From Lama guanicoe (Eukaryota): 64,000 bases of DNA. The first letter of the stretch is position 1; each line of letters starts with the position of its first letter. A model generated the notes under the pieces. The model was not told the origin of the DNA, made no database searches, and worked only from the letters and a program-made list of their open reading frames with translations. The stretch spans positions 1,862,001-1,926,000 of the forward strand of contig MU053652.1 of the NCBI GenBank assembly GCA_013239625.1. Direction: 5' to 3'. A program made the translations under genes and the position numbers. Shown in pieces: positions 13,376 to 26,169 of this stretch.

Positions 13376-13762
13376 TGTATCAATTAAGATGGGGTAGAAT
13401 AGGATAAGCTTCAAAATTTCAGAGACTTGACACATTACATTTTATTTCTCATTTATTCAAATCCCAGCAACTCTCCAGAGAAGATCCTTTCCAAATGGGA
13501 ACTTGGGGATAGAGGCCAATTCCATCTTGCCTCTGCTATATCAGGCACGGTCTATATCATTGTTGCTGCAGAGAAAAGAGAGCTGGGTGGTTACATACCT
13601 TAAGTGCTTTGGCACAGTAGTTATACATATCACGTCTCATACCAGACTGACCAGAATTAGACACATGGGCCCACATAACTGCAAAGAGGCTGGAAAGCTC
13701 AGTTTTTATGTGCCTAGGAAGGAAAGAACCAGACGTGAGTGAGCACTACTCATTTCTACCAC
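13376..13762 (-). mobile_element. MLT1 (ERVL-MaLR) solo LTR
   Basis: tgtatcaatt..ctaccaca termini; internal cataactgcaaagaggctggaaag..gtgcctaggaagg. Confidence 0.7.
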
Positions 13763-13952
13763 ATTGAAAAGTTCCAAAGAATATTTTCCCAGAATATATT
13801 CCTGAAAACTTCATCCTCTAGCTATGGGATAAGTACTTTTTAGCTTTACATTGGTCAAGGATGGTTGAGCAGCAACTCTACTCAGAGCCAGGAAAAAAGC
13901 ATTCCTTCTTATTGTGGAGGCACTTCATAGGATAAAATTGGTGGCTCTATAT

Positions 13953-13980
13953 TTCAGCACCAGAAGTTGAGGACAGCTCC
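13953..13980 (+). promoter_or_regulatory. Candidate non-canonical (split) REST/NRSF RE1 element
   Basis: TTCAGCACC (13953-13961) + 9-nt spacer + GGACAGCTCC (13971-13980). Both halves match RE1 (TTCAGCACCnnGGACAGCGCC) in the correct order. Confidence 0.55.
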
Positions 13981-16900
13981 CTTACAATGTAAATGATTCT
14001 GCCTGGATATCAGGTTTCTTAGCAGTACTGATTTCCTGAATTTATATATAAGTATAGACATACACACAGTCAAATATTGCAGGTAAAATCCTCCTTACTC
14101 CCATTCCTCTGTGCCACAAATTTGAGCAACTTCTTTGATGAGCAGGAAAGCATAGAACGTCAAAATGCCATCCTAAGTGTTTTGTTGACAAATCCATCTA
14201 CATTTTAAGTGACAACCACTATTCTCTGCACTTGTGAGGTTACACTACCTTTCACCCTAATGAACTGTCAAGTAATTTTGGAACCATGGGGGCAAAGTCT
14301 GGCTCTAACCCCCAGGGGATATATTGAGTAACTCGTTTCTTGCTGACCTCAATCGGTCTATAATTTCTAGACGTTTTTTTCTATCATCTGTGAATCTGTC
14401 ACTCTCTCCAGGCTCTTATTTGGAAACCATCTCCGTGGTACACATAACTTAAGGAGTCACAGGCACAGCAATTACTGATGAAAGAAATTCACATGTGACA
14501 GCTCCCTCCATATGTGGCATGGAAATTAATAAGCATTTATTTTATGGCAAGGTAATAACAAAGCTGTAGGTAGACATATGTCTTCATTTCTCTGTGTATA
14601 CATATCTCTTTACAGGTAATATTTTCTCTCCAAATAAGCATTTAGGGAGATGAGTTTAGCTTTTAGAAAACCTAAAGTAAAGGTGAACAGAATGGATTTC
14701 TGAGCATGCTGGTGTTCTAGATTATTCCTGTCAACCCCTCGAGCACGTTTCTTTGTGATTCCCATTAAAGGGTGGGGGGCTCAGCCCTGACTTCCCATCA
14801 TGCACCAAGGGCAGTTCCTGCTGCCCTCTGCAGGCCTCCCTATTTGCCTCATTCCTTTCTCTTCTCTCTAGTGACAGAAATATCAGACATCCCAGTAGTT
14901 TGTCCCCTTTTTATCCAAACCTAGCAGCATCTCAGGGAAAAGAAAAGGACAACAAGATGAAACCACTCTCAGAAAAAATAAAAATAAATTAAAGCCAGTA
15001 AAGGGACATGTTTTTGGAATGGCAACAGTTGGCAAAAAAAAAAAAAAGCCTTCTTTTGGCAGGAAAAAAAAAAGTATCAGAGTCATATCACCAGTTCAGT
15101 GTTTTGTTATTTCTACAATAGGGCTGTACCTGCACCTTCAGATCGTACTGGCTTTTTCAAACACATCTAACCCCTCATGAGAACACTGCCCAGTTCTGAG
15201 GCAGAGCCGATGTTGTGTTCTGCTCTAGGCGTCAGCAACAACATTCTTCAACTCCTTCCAATCTGTAATGTTTGCTCACCAGTTGGCACATCTGGACACA
15301 TTCCAAAAATTAAGAACATAAACTAATAGAATAATAACACCTTGTATTTATATAGCACCTTCCTTGGAGGTACTCCAAGTGCTTTGCATCTCACCAAGAC
15401 CCTCACCAGCTCTCAGTGAAGGATTTCTCCCTTTGCTACAAGCAGGGACAGCTGAGACATCAGTAGGAGTGACTCAGGAAAGGTGGCATAATGCTACTCT
15501 ACCACACATTCACTAGCCAGGCTGGCAGGTGACATGCCAAAACACGTGCCTCAGTTGACTGAGGAAGCAACATGTGACGTCCCAGAGAAGAGGGCTGAGA
15601 CCTTTTCTGCACTAGGTCTGGCAGCCTTCCTCTCCCTGGAGGAACCTGCTGTCTGGGATGGTCAGTGAGAGTGGGTTATTCCACGGGCTCCTGCGCTGTG
15701 CATATGCAGCCCAACAGCACAGGGCGTATAGCTACTTCTCTTAGCAGCCTGTGAATCGGTCCTTTCAGCCCCCAAGTAAGTAAGTTATGTGCCCCTTCCA
15801 CTAGCTACACTTGCTTTGCTTCAAGGAATTCTCCATAAGTATTTCATGATCAGATCAGTGATCCAAACACATTTTCAAACTTCATGAATAGCCTGATGAG
15901 GATGAAACAAAGGATTACAGAGAGTGGGCTGGGAAGCAGTATTACATTTGGGATTGAGGGAAGGGAAGCAAAGGAGAAGATGGTCATGACAGTCCCATGG
16001 TAGTGTAGGCATCCCTCTCTGCTACTTTACAAAGGATCATGGCTGGCACAGAGAGGGGCTGCCTGCAAGGAGACACCACCCCATATATTTGCCTGTGTAA
16101 TAATTTTTTTTTTCACCAGGAGACCAGGGCAGTCACGGCAGGTTAGGGAGTTCCATGCCAGCCACATCGTATCTCAAGGCCCCACAAACCATGGAGTGGT
16201 ACTAGAGGCTGGCAAGTTCATAAATTATCCTCCCAGTCGATTGCATTTTTAATCAGGGTGTGCACTGTGATCATTAATGGCACTTGCTTACGGGACGAAG
16301 CCCCAGTATTTATCTTGTTTTAATTATATTAGAAAGTAGTGATATTCAATTAACCAACTAATCACGCAAGCCAATCAATGCTGGTCCTGGCAGGATTCTC
16401 CATTGCCCAGCTCCTTGTTCTGGGTGGCAGCCCATGCTTCAGAGCCAGGTGGAGTTAACTCTTGATGGCCAGAGAGCAGGGAGGCCAGGATTTGGCTGTC
16501 AGACATGGGCAGAAATCCCGCAAGTTCTTTCCTTTGCCCAATGACAGTGAAGATTTGTAGCAACCTCCTTTTGGGTTAAAGTGTTATTTGTTCTACAGTG
16601 TGTACTATTTTCCAAGTACATAAAAGGAGCCATTTTTCTCATCCTGTGGATCAGCGTTCTAAGGTACTTGTATCCTATAACAAGCTAATGGCAGAGCTCT
16701 ACATTTTAAAAAGACCTACACATGGAACCATAACATGAAGTGTCTAGCCATGTTCCCAAAGACTGCCAGGTGTTTCCTAACTATGCTAAGTAGTCCTAAC
16801 AGTAGGTGGACCCACCTGAAAAGCCTTCACCAGAGACATTTTGGGTTGTGTGTCTGGACTCATGAGCAGCTGGGAGACACAGTTAAGTCAAGAGCAGAGC

Positions 16901-18147
16901 TCCTCTCAGGGCGAAGCCTCAGTGAGCCAAGCATACCTCTTTGCCCCATCACACCTGTCCAGGGATGCCTGGCTTTGAGACTCTGTGGTGGTCCAAGGCT
17001 AGCTGGGGAGTAGTTGGTGGCCAGAGAGAAAAGTGTTTCCCTTGCGCTGTGCACATTATCCCTTTGCCTTCCTCTCACTCCTCCTGAAGGCACACACGGA
17101 GCTCACCTAGCAACACCATTCCGAGGGTAAACCCCTGACTGAACTTTGGGCAGTGTTGCCCAGCCACCTGATTATCTTTTCTAACTTGTAGGGTAAGAGG
17201 CAGTATAGAGTTTTCCCCTGGATGCTCCCTAATTGGGTGTTGTGCTATTCACTGGCCCCCATGTCCTGTGATGGTTTCAGGATTCCCCGTCCTTTGCAAA
17301 GCTGAGGATCTCGATAGGAACCTCTGTAAATGTCCTGGATGAGGATGGCATCGGGAAAGAAACAATGTCCAGAGAAGACAGGACACTGGGTTCCACGATC
17401 CCCATCCCATCAGCTCACAGTTAGCTAACAGGCAGCATGGCCCATGTACAAGTTTCAGCCCTTTGCAGACCAATCAGGTTGTCCTAAAAGGGGAATTAAG
17501 TCTGTATGATGACCACAGACTGCACCCTAGTAAATGTCTTCAAATGCATCAGAGTTCTCAAGGCACCTCAGAAGGAAAGTAGGAATCACTTGATGTAGCC
17601 AGAGAGCCAGTGCTTACGCAGGACAGCACATTGCCCGTTGGAGGAGCCATCCAGGCACTCAAGTTCTTGTGCTTCCGTGGGCAGCTGACGCCCTATTGCT
17701 TCAGGTGGGCTGAGGATCAAAACCTGATTCCCTCTGTGCAGCTGTCTGAACCCAAGTGAGTGTTTGGGAAAGTGAGACGTTTCACACAGAGATGCATCAG
17801 GAGGGAGAGAATCTTAAGACTGCTATTCGTTTCCAAACATTTGATGAGCTTCAATTCATTAAGAGTTTTGTAGGCTTGCTAAATTAATAAGAGCAAATGG
17901 GGCCCTAATGTCAGACAACAATCAGTAATTTAAAGGGGGCAAAAAAGTGTAACAAGTAAAACAGTCATTACCTAGCACAATGTTTAATCAAAAGACGCCG
18001 GAAACTTCCAACTTCACAGTAACGTTTTCAAACGTTGGAGATGTCAGATGCACGTAGTTTTTGACTCTGTCTGGCAGGCTGGGAAAATGGACATAGCTGT
18101 GATAATTGGCTGTGATGGAATTTAAAAGTCTAACCCCCACCCTTGAT

Positions 18148-18181
18148 TCTCTCTCTCACACACACACACATACACACACAC
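18148..18181. repeat. Compound (CT)n(CA)n microsatellite
   Basis: Read directly. Confidence 0.85.
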
Positions 18182-20059
18182 TTACTCACTCTTTCCCTTG
18201 AGCTGGATTCGTTTTGAGTTCCAGCCCAGCAGACGTCGGGAAGCAGGGCTGCATCATGACGTCTGAGGTCTGCTGAGCCCCACGTTGATATTGAGTCAAG
18301 TTGTTCTTGACTTTGAGCCATGTAAGACCTCCCCTCTTTCTAATGAATTTTTTCCTTATTCTCATTTCATCCTTTTCCATGCTATCGTTAGGACCTCTGT
18401 GTGCCTCCATGTACCCTGTTCTTCACTAACAAGCATGTGAGCATGTGGTCTAAGGATTTCCCAGGCTCTCTGGGCCCTCCATCCTGCTGTGGCTCATTGC
18501 CTTTTGTTGGTTGCCCAGGACATTCATGCCCATGTGCGTGGCCTCGCAGGATCATGGTGCACAGCACTTAAAACTATGTCTTGTTCCTCAAGGGCCGTCC
18601 AACTCACGTGTCTACCAGCCAGGACCTGTGTACACTTGCCCCAGGATGTTTATGCTGGGAGTCATAGATCCCACCCAGGGAGGACCACATAGATCTCCTC
18701 TGCCCTATCCTGACTCACTTCTTTGCCCAAAACTGAAAATGACCCCAATCCTGGCCTATTGCTTTTTCCTGCTCTCCAGTCCTTCTTACGTAGCATATTG
18801 CTGCCCTGTTTTTAATGAATTCGTGATGCCAATTGACCATCCCACAATGAATAATGGCTCTGAAGGCTTCTCTTTGATTTTTAAGATGCCTTCTTGCCTG
18901 ATGTGATCAATTGTAATACAGTACTTAGCCTGGGATAAAGATCCAATAAATGCTTAATAATTGATCATTGATAAGCAAAATACTATTTTAAGCATATGGA
19001 CTCCATCCATCCATTTTAATCTAGATGCTTTAGAATACACATACTTATGCCTGAATTAGGCAAGACTCAGCTGACCCCTAAGCACAATTCACAATCAGTA
19101 TGTGGGGCTTCCCAAAGTTATGAACCTAGAAAATGGTGTGGTTGGGACCCAAACCTAAGTCTCTTCAGGGCTTTTTCCACTTTACCAAACTGTCCCCTGC
19201 TGCCCCCGCTATTTACTTCTGGGATCCAGCTGCTATAGTGACATCAGAAGAGACAGACCAGGCATTTCTTATAGCCAACTGGTGCCCCCCCAAACAGGTG
19301 GAAGTGGGGTCAGGGACATCAGGAACCCAGCAGGGTCAGTGGTTTGGATCGTGTTAGAAACCCAACTCCCTCGCAGAGAGCAGAGCAGTAGAAGGGCTCC
19401 AAGAACGAGGGTTACCTACTTTACGTGTCCCTGATCACCAGCCCTAGGAGAGGACTCATGTGGCCCTTTTGCAGAAGGAACGAGTGAGGTCCAAGTCAGG
19501 GAAACTCAAGGACGAGATCAGGTTGGGACCAAATTGTTTGCTGCTTCTACCCAAGCCCCACACTAGACAGTCTCCCTACAGTGATCTCTGGGCTCTGGAG
19601 CTGTATCTGCCCAAAGAGAGAAGCGATTTTAGTGCCCAGTAGAAAGTAGAAGGAGCAAACTCCAGAGAAGGGGGTTCTGATAGGATATGGATTTCTTAAT
19701 AGTAATTACTACAAGCACCAGAGCTTTCAGTTTAATTAAACTGACTCTTCAGCTTAGGGATCTATGTCTGAGCTTAGTTGCTTTTTCTTCTTTCATTTTT
19801 GTTCTTTCTTCTTTTTTTTTTTCTATCATGTTCTTGTCTCCTCAGTCTTGCATCTCAGTGTAGCAGGATATATGAAATGATGATGAGTGAATGAAAAAAG
19901 AAAAATGATTTCTCTTCTGGTGCCTTAATGGAAGGTAGTGAAAGAACTGAATCAAGAAGTTAATAGTGACTATCATTTATGCTCCCTAGAAAGCTTGATA
20001 CAGGCGAACTCTAAATTATCTTTGCTAATGGGACAGTGGTAGCAAATGAAATGATATCA

Positions 20060-20235
20060 TGGGTCTGTTTAGTACTTGCCATCTCCACGGTGCCTTTCCA
20101 CACAATACCTCATTGAACCTGCCCAGCAATGCTTTGAAGTTACCATCATTATCTTTATGTAACAGATGAGAAAGGTTAAATGACTTCTCAAAAGTCACAC
20201 AGCTGACATGTGGCACAGTTAGTGTGAAATCCAAA
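20060..20235 (-). mobile_element. MIR SINE
   Basis: cagatgagaaaggttaaatgacttctcaaaagtcacacagct core. Confidence 0.7.
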
Positions 20236-22861
20236 TTTAAATTTTATATCCCATTTAACTTTTAAATGCCTCTGCAATGACTCTAGAAACAATTCTAAAT
20301 TCTCATTTGGGGTGTCCATTTTAATTTCCCCTCCCACAAAATCAACACCAGCAAGCGGCCAGTTTGGGAGGCCTTGAGTGTTACCTCCTTTCTATCTTTC
20401 GGAAGAGATGCTGATGAGTAGTAAAACATTCCAAACGAGACCTCCTATGTGCAACGCTCTCATAGCAACCGAGGCAGGACCAGAACCCCCATTTTATAGC
20501 AAACAAGCTCAGGCTCAGAGTTTCTAAGTTACTGCGTTACCTGCCTGAGGGCACAGATCTGTAAGTAGCAGGTAGCACTGTGATGCGCTGGGTGGCTGTG
20601 GTCTGGCCAGTTGAACATGCTGTAGATGTCCACTTCCTGGTGCACCTGTGCCAGGAGGGCAGTGAATCAGGTGACCGGGACACACTCGCCTCGGTCAGTC
20701 CTGCGGCGGGTCAGCCACCCAAGCCTCCCTTCCACGCCAGCCCCCTGTTTCACATCCCTCCTGTCTAGATGCCTGGCAGGGAGGACGCGAAAGCCCAGGC
20801 ACCCAGAGGGGAAGTTCACCCTCCGCCTCCCCTCTGGATGTGCCATTTTCACCAGTGCTCTTGTGCCGACTGCATGAACGGCCCAGGGACCCAAGCTTGA
20901 CTGGGGCCTGGGGGTGAGCCGCTCCCCGTGAAGGAAGAGAGGCACTGGTCCCACTGCTGAAAGGACTTGTTTCCGAGAGCCAACTGTTGTTTGCTGACTG
21001 CCCTTCCCGTCTCCGTCCGAGTTGGGGGTTGCAGTGTCACACACAGGTGTGTGGACTTGAACCCTTGACCTTAGTCATCACAGGTCTCAGATGACAGACG
21101 ATGTCTAAGGCTTAGCAGCCCCCTGATGTTTTGACCCCCATTACACCCAGTCACTTTTACCTTCCTTCCCGAGTGTGCTGTAGAGCTCACGTCAAGATGG
21201 GGTCTCTCCCTTGCCCCCACGTGGCCATCTGAAGCAGATGGTCCCTCTCTCGTTAATGTACATAAGAGGTAACTAATTGCAATAGTAATTGATCAGTTAA
21301 TTAATTTAAAAGACTCACAGCCCTGGGAACCTGATATATAGATAACGCTGTGCTGTCTCTCCCCATTTGTCTATGCCGCTGCCTATTTCAGGCCCCTGGA
21401 CACAGAGCCACCTCAAAGGACAGTCCCACCCCCTATTATGCATCGTCTCCCCTCCACCGCTGGGAAGGAAGAGAAAGCCCATCAGGATCTCCTGTCAAGG
21501 GGTCGGCTGGAAATCAAGTTACAACCGACACCATGTGTTTCAGAGCATCTCAGCCCCGTCCCTCCACCCAGGGCATCATTAATAATCCACAGCCTAATGA
21601 CGGAGATGAATATGGGAGCAGGAGCGGTGGGGGCGGCCCGGTGCAGCGAGGCAGAGGGAGAGAGTGACTTATTAGCCCTGCGCCAGGTGTAACCTTCTCC
21701 CCACAGCCAAGTCAGGGCCAGGATGATTTATTGGTACAGTAAACGGATTTTTATAATTAAAATTGATTTTCAGTTTTAGCCTGGTCTGGAAGGACCCGGT
21801 CAAGTTCAAGAGGGGAAAGGGAGGCCATCTAGGGAAAGGAAGGGAAATGTGCTCTCAATTTTCCATATGTCTTAGATTGTTAGAACAGGAAGGAACCTCT
21901 CATTTTCCAGGTGAGCAAACAGCAGCCCTGAGAGGTTGACCTGTTTGGCCAGTCTCAGATGGTCGGATAAGTCAGAGCTGGGATTCAACCTGGATCTCCT
22001 GGATCCCTGAGATTTACTTATTTCTCTGGGAGATGGTTTGTGCACACTCTCACAGAGCCTTGGTGTTCTGTGCTGTAGGTTGTTCACTGCACAAGGACAC
22101 AGAACCAAGGGGATTCGTCATGGGAGCCATGTCTCATGTGCTCGGGCAGGACTGCTGCCGCCCAGAGGATGTATTCAGTCCCCATCTGGGACTGTTTCCT
22201 TTAGAGGCCAGCTCTTGTCAGTCAGCAGCTGCCTGGGTCCTGTGGGCCTGTGCCCATTCGGTCCTTATCTCATAGTCTGGTGCCTAGAGGCTACGTGGCG
22301 ACTGTTTATTGAAAGACCTGAGTGCTCTCCTGTAGATGGTGGAGACACAATGGGCTGCCGTGTGTCCAGCCCAGGGTCATTCCTCAGGCAGGGAATTTGT
22401 GACACTGGGAGTGGCAGAAGCTCATTTATAGATGGTGTGAGTGTGCCTGCCTATTCAGGAACACAAACCTGGCACATCTGGGAGAGTTGGCCAGTGCTGC
22501 CGACACTACCACATGTGCACCCTGCTCTGGACCACTCCCTCCAGCGAAGGCCCATTGAGAGAGAGAAGGTGAGTCCACGTCCATTGTCAGAGTCCACTAA
22601 GCAACGTGTTCCCTTCCAGCCCATCACAGGGCATCACAGCCACAGGGCTCTGAGTCCTCTCCCTCCCCTGGCTCTTTGTACCAGGTCCCTCAGCCAGTGC
22701 AGCTTCCCGATGACTCTCATGACAGCGTGTCCCCTGCTGCTCCTGCTCCCCTGTCCCCTTGGGCGTGGATAAGACAGCAGGGAAGTTTCCGTGACCATGG
22801 GCATATTCTTTTTTAAAGCGACAGAAGAGTAGTATATTGCCTCTTTTCCTAGTTTAGTATG

Positions 22862-23515
22862 TTTTTTTAAATAGAATTTATTTTTTAGAGCAACTTTAGG
22901 TTCACAGCTGTATTAGCAGAAAGTATAGAAAGTTTCCCCATATCGCCTATTCTCCTCTCCTTTCAGACAGCCTCCCCCACTATCAATATCCCCCACCAGA
23001 GTGGTCCATTTGTTACAATCAACGAACCTACACTGATACATCATTATCACCCAAAGCCCAGAGTTTACATTAGGGTACACGCTTGTTGCTGTACATTCCT
23101 TGGGTTTTGACAAATGTCTAGTGACATGTAACTGCCATTATCGTATCATAAGGAATATTTTCACTGCCCTGAAAATCCCTGTGCTCCACCTACTCATTCC
23201 TCCCTCCCCACTGACTCCCGGCAACCACTGATCTTTTTTCTGTCTCCATAGTTCTTCCTTTTCCAGAAATGCCATATAGTTGGGATCAGACAGTATATGT
23301 GGACTTTTCAGATTGGCTTCTTTCACTTGGTAAAATACATTTAGGCTTCCTCCATGTCTTTTCATGGCTTGATAGCTCATTTCTTTTTAGCACCAAATAA
23401 TATGCCATTGGTCTTGATGTACCAGTTTATTTAGCCATTCAACTACTGGAGGACATCTTGGGTACTTCCAGATGTTGACAGTTATGACTAAAGCCGCTAT
23501 AAACATCCACATGCA
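22862..23515 (-). mobile_element. L1MC-like 3' end
   Basis: tttattttttagagcaactttaggttcacag..ccaccagagtggtccatttgttacaatc..gggttttgacaaatgt..ctataaacatccac. Confidence 0.8.
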
Positions 23516-25629
23516 GGTCTAGTTCTTCAGCTGGACTACCACCCACTGTAGGGGGAAGACCCAAGACCCAGGTACAAAGACGTCAATGAGTCCAGGTTGG
23601 CAGAAGCACCTTGGGAGCACGCACCTCACCCCACAGGTGTCCAGCCCACGCCCTGCACTCAGGAGGGGCTCCATGTCTGTCTGCTAGCAATGGAGGAGGG
23701 GCCTCTTTAAAAGGCTAAGTAACCGGAGAAATGTAAGGAATGCCCCCCGTCCTTTGTTTTTGTAACCGTAAGTTGATTATCACGGTACATGAGCAACGAA
23801 TTAGGGCACCAGCACAGATGAGCATAGTTCAATGCTGCGTCCAACTCCTTCATAAGTCGCGTCTGATTACATTTAATGATGTGTACAGCTCTTATCATTT
23901 GTCCTCCGAACTGGATGTAGCTGGCAAACACATTGAGTAACTGACTGCAATGTGTGCTTGCTTCAAACTGACTGCAGGATTCGGTGGCCTGAAGGTGTCA
24001 CCCGACGCTGGGATTCTCTCTGCTCCTTGTGCCGGGTTTGAGCAGCCAAGCTGAGCTGTTACGGGCACCTTACTCATCTCCCCATGCGCTTTCTTGCAGC
24101 TGTGCTCTGGGTGGGTGTGGGTACAAGCATCGCAAGACGTCCAACCTTCAGCTCATGCAGTCGTGCACGTGAGAGGCACCGAGAGACTAGTTGTAGGGAA
24201 GAGGGAGGAGGAGATGGGAGAAGAAGTGGGTTCCAAAGGCGGAGGCTGTGGTCAGGCAGGGTCCCCCACTCTGGGTTCATCAGGAACACAGGGCTCTCAC
24301 TCCTGCCCCCACCCTGCTCCCAGAACCCGGCCTTTGGCAGCCACCACTACGGAGAGCTCATTCACGCAGAAGTGTGAGTGAGTGATCCTGCCAGGCAATT
24401 TCTGAGAAAGAGTGAAAGGGAGAAAAAGAGGGAGAATCAAACGGGGGCGGGGGGTAGTGTTGTGGTGGGAGGAGCCGACAGGGAGGAGCTGCCCATGTTC
24501 CTCTGTGGCATTACTGGTGCCAGCCTTCATTCTCAGCCTTCCTTCCTTGGACATGATGTTCTTTGGTTTGCGCTGTTTGCCTCTTCCCTTCACTCCTTGG
24601 AGCCATGGACGGAGAAGCAGCAGGGTGGGGCGACCCTCCAGGCTTTGCTGAGTCTCCTGAACAGGACGTGAGGGCCAGGGCTCTTGCAGGGACTGCGTGG
24701 GACCTCTGTAGGGGAGTTTTCTCATCAGCTTTTCTGCCTTAAATGCTCTCCTCTCCAACTGTCCCCTCCACCCCTAGAGGGAGATTCATGAAGCCTGTGC
24801 TGGCGAGGATGCCCATGGCTGTTTATGGTTCCGCTGGATCTGTCCTCTGTTGAAGAAGCAGAGTTGACAGGACCAGCTGAACAACATAGAAGACCAGTAC
24901 AGGGGTCGCCATCTCCAGAGAGCCTGCAGGGTCAGACTTATCCCTCAGTACAGCTGGGAAGACCACTCAGAGCACAGCCCAGGAAAACCAGTCCACAGTG
25001 CCCCCTCACAGCTCTAGGGCCACAACTGAGCAACTGAGAGCGACTCTGGGTCAGAACAGGCTGCCCACCAGGTCCTACCATGCTGCAAGCAGCATGAAGT
25101 TTAGGTTATCTTGGTGTGTTGGCCAATTGGTGGGCCCAGGCTGCTCCAAGCCCCTAGACCATACACTGGGCCACAAGACAGGATGTGGATTCCTGACCAA
25201 GTCCTGGAAGGCAGCCGCCTCAGGACATGGGCCAGTTCTGAAATCTGCAGCCCCCGGAGCCAGTGAAACAAATCCATACTTGGTAAGGTCTCACGAAGCC
25301 AGGCATACCATACCCTCCCCGCTCCTGCCAGGATGACATCGTACCGCACAGAGCGATGGTCTCACATCCTGCCCAGCCTGAGATGATAGAAGCCTTATTT
25401 GGCAACGTGAGTCGTGTCTGTTGAGACAAATCTTGCCATGGAAACGAGCTGGCCAAAGAACGATTCTAAGAGATATTTAAATGAGACCTTCCAACCCAAT
25501 TCTGCCTTCATCAATTTCCATGATGTTTGGAGCTGGTTCAGGCAATTGCTGCTGTTCTTCACAGGGGAGTTATGGCCACTTGGCCCATGCAAGAGAGGAG
25601 ATTCCAGTGGAGGAGGGAGGCTGTACCAG

Positions 25630-25840
25630 CTCTGGAGCAGTCAGAGGCCATGCACTCAGAAGAGTCCCAGCTCTGCCACTCCCTGGCTGCATGACCTTGA
25701 GCAAAACACTTAACCTCCTCCAGCCTGTGTCCTCAGCTGCAAAATGGAGACTGTCATCCCTGACCTGGCTCCCTCGCCAGGTTGTGGTGGGGGTCACATG
25801 CAATCATGCCTGTGGAATTGCTTTATAAATTGTGAAGCCA
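25630..25840 (+). mobile_element. MIR SINE
   Basis: cccagctctgccact..tgaccttgagcaaaacacttaacctc..gcaaaatggag. Confidence 0.7.
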
Positions 25841-25980
25841 AGTACAGGGGTCTGGTATTATGTGATGCCCATTCCACCTGTCCCCGTGCTCCGGGAGCCT
25901 TAGACTGTCTGCATCTCTCAGACTCCAGGGCAGAAATGCATCGTCCTTGGATCCCAACTCCTCTTCTCCCATGGCCAAAG

Positions 25981-26169
25981 CCAGTTGTCCCAAACCCAGC
26001 CCATCATCAGGGTCATTGGTGGAGGATGAGAGGAGTATAGTGCTTTGAGACAGTACAGGTGCCCAGCTCCTGGAAATTCTGATTTTGCTGGTCTAAGCTT
26101 GGCCAGGGCATCAGCATTTTCTGAAAGCTCTACAGTTGATTCTAATGTGCAGCTTAGGTTTGAGTCACT
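25981..26169. mobile_element. MER5-family hAT-Charlie MITE
   Basis: ttctgattttgctggtct..gggcatcagcatttt..gattctaatgtgcagc..ggtttgag. Confidence 0.7.

Noticed and set aside
22038..22772. Longest ORF in the track (244 aa); likewise 30515..31201, 3980..4624 and 49910..50464
   Set aside because: No recognisable domains, non-ATG starts and low-complexity composition. 3980..4624 runs through an L1 insertion. These fit chance ORFs in intronic DNA.
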